Under the pieces are notes generated by a model. That model searched no databases. It saw nothing but the letters and a program-made list of their open reading frames with translations, and was not told where the DNA came from. From Cyanophora paradoxa CCMP329 (lineage: Eukaryota; Plantae; Glaucophyta), in NCBI GenBank assembly GCA_004431415.1, contig QPMI01000178.1:62001-126000 (forward strand): a DNA stretch of 64,000 nucleotides, read 5' to 3'. The position numbers were made by a program, and so were the translations under genes. Shown here piece after piece: positions 62,233 through 64,000 of the stretch (position 1 is its first letter; each line of letters starts with the position of its first letter).

Positions 62233-62473
62233 CTGTAGAACTGGTTAATTTAGTACAGGAAAATAATTAGTACTTCGCCAAAACTGCCACTTTATATTAG
62301 CAGCTGGTAAAACTTTAGTAGGCCAAGGTCAGTCTTCGCAGGGCGTTTGTATGGCGGAGGCGGGGCTACCACTACAAATTCTCGGCTTTAGCAGGCGAGA
62401 AATATTTAGTAGATCGCCCAAAAACTTTTGGTACTATAAATATGCAGCCCACTAAATATTTCTAGCTCTCCAG
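62233..62473. mobile_element. MITE family A, copy 2 (inverted relative to 45205)
   Basis: TA|CTGTAGAACTGG ... CTAGCTCTCCAG|TA. Reverse complement of 45205-45444 with few differences. Confidence 0.85.
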
Positions 62474-62964
62474 TATTGTACTATACATAGCTAGTGCGGC
62501 CATCCAGGCCATGCATATGGATATAAGGCTGCAGCTGGCCATGAATCCCAGAGGCGAAGAGGCGAACTCGGAAGAGGCGAAGTGGGGGAGTTCGCGGCCG
62601 CCGGCCGGGCTATATAATTATAACGCGCTCTGCGGAACTTCTGGGGCGTTCCCGTAACTTCCCGAATCCTCTGGATTTAGGCTTCGACTAGTACTTGCAA
62701 TTGATTGATATCCATGGCCAAATTTAAATCTAGAGTCCGTTCATCAGACTCGTGAGTCGTGATTTCGATCTGATTCGATCATCAGAGGATTCAGAGTCCC
62801 GCGACTCCAGCCTAGTAGGCTGCGTTCGAATGCCTATCTTCAGAAGATCTAAAGACTGAGATCGATTTGCGATCGAATTTAGAGCCGCGACAAAGAAGAT
62901 AGCTAAATCAAGAGCGCGCGACAGCATACATCGGCCTGCAGCTGGTGAAACATACTCTCCAGAG

Positions 62965-64000
62965 ATGGCTTCCGGGGCGTGGTTCAGCGCCGTGTGCGTT
63001 GCTCTCCTGGTGTCCGCTGTCACCGCCCAGATCACCGCGGGAACGATGCCGGGAGCGCTGTTCGCAACCTCAACACCTGCATGGTTTAATGCAACTTACA
63101 ACGACGATAAAAGCGCGCCCGGATGGTGAGACTCTGTACACCCGCCCGCGGCCAATTGCAATCCTATAACATTAATTAAATGTGCCGTGGCCATGGGCTT
63201 CGGATCGTAAAGGACAATTACTGCTCCGTCCGATGAGGATGCCGTCCGAATCGAATTCATTTCTACCACGGCGACAACTTCTAACACGAGAAATATCAAC
63301 GCAATTCGGGTGCGTATGTATCAACTTGGACACGTATGATATGCACATCGCTGCTCTCAGCTTAAACACAACAAAAAACAATTGCGCATGCAGGTGATAG
63401 ACATTTCCGTCAGTCCTCCAGTGCTGCTGGCAGCGAACGCCGAAAGCGGCACAACATACACAAGTTCCGGCAGAACTTTATTTGTGTACATTTTCAGCGC
63501 ATACCGCAGTCAATCGTTCACTTCGCGCTTCTGGTCGGCACCCAAGTCGAGCGGTTTGTCTGCATATTCCAATATTCTACATCGTCTGACAATCGATATC
63601 GTGCGCGCAGTGACTGCGTCGCCTCCTGCAAATCTCACATCAGTGCCCGCGGTATTCGAGGAGTCCGACGACAACGCTCACATTGGGACTTTCGCACCAA
63701 GCACGGTGACTGCTACTCCTGGAATAACAACTCACATCGGCTATAAGCCCTACCCTCGAATGCTCCTGGCTTTGTGGTGCGATCTTTCTGATTTGCATAG
63801 TATATGTACACGTACTGTGTTCACCGGCGCCCGCGGCACCCGGTGCAGGGATGTCAGGCTTCCGGAGTACTGCGCTTCCAGCAGCACATTTTCTCTGAAT
63901 TTCACGTTTATGGACTTCGAAACGTTATGCACGCCGGCCTGCGACCCTGTTTACGTGCGTATGTGTAAATCATGTCGAGGATCCAGCTCGATGACGAAAC
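62965..64000 (+). CDS. 5' part of a secreted CUB-domain-like protein, runs off the window
   Basis: Signal peptide MASGAWFSAVCVALLVSAVTAQ. Spliced CUB-like peptides WTITAPSDEDAVRIEF, TYTSSGRTLFVYIFS and FSLNFTFMDFETLCTPACDPV. Confidence 0.6.

Overview
Eukaryotic, GC-rich, intron-dense genomic DNA from a protist- or alga-like organism; the species cannot be fixed from this window. Two housekeeping genes are clearly recognisable: CNOT1/NOT1 (minus, 8601-18166) and TRAPPC8/Trs85 (plus, ~51289-59397). Both are split by dozens of mostly 45-110 nt introns. Five less GC-rich genes encode putative secreted or surface proteins: an FN3 plus PMP-like beta-helix protein, a giant LamG/FN3/Cys-repeat multi-TM protein, a mucin/IPT GPI-type protein, a protein with two copies of an unrecognised domain, and a CUB protein. 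Each housekeeping gene has a nearby intron-retaining fragment copy. Intergenic DNA holds several TA-flanked MITE-like elements and a recurrent 11-mer, GTCCGACGGTC. The most striking unexplained signals are: (i) a micro-insertion process writing X-revcomp(X)-X palindromes, visible by comparing duplicated sequences and probably behind the palindromic 'stutter' of the intergenic DNA; (ii) a very high rate of AG|GC donor introns, and introns with complementary C-rich 5' and G-rich 3' arms; (iii) MITE families sharing termini and a core but carrying different iterated motifs. Exon boundaries were read by eye, so gene spans are approximate.
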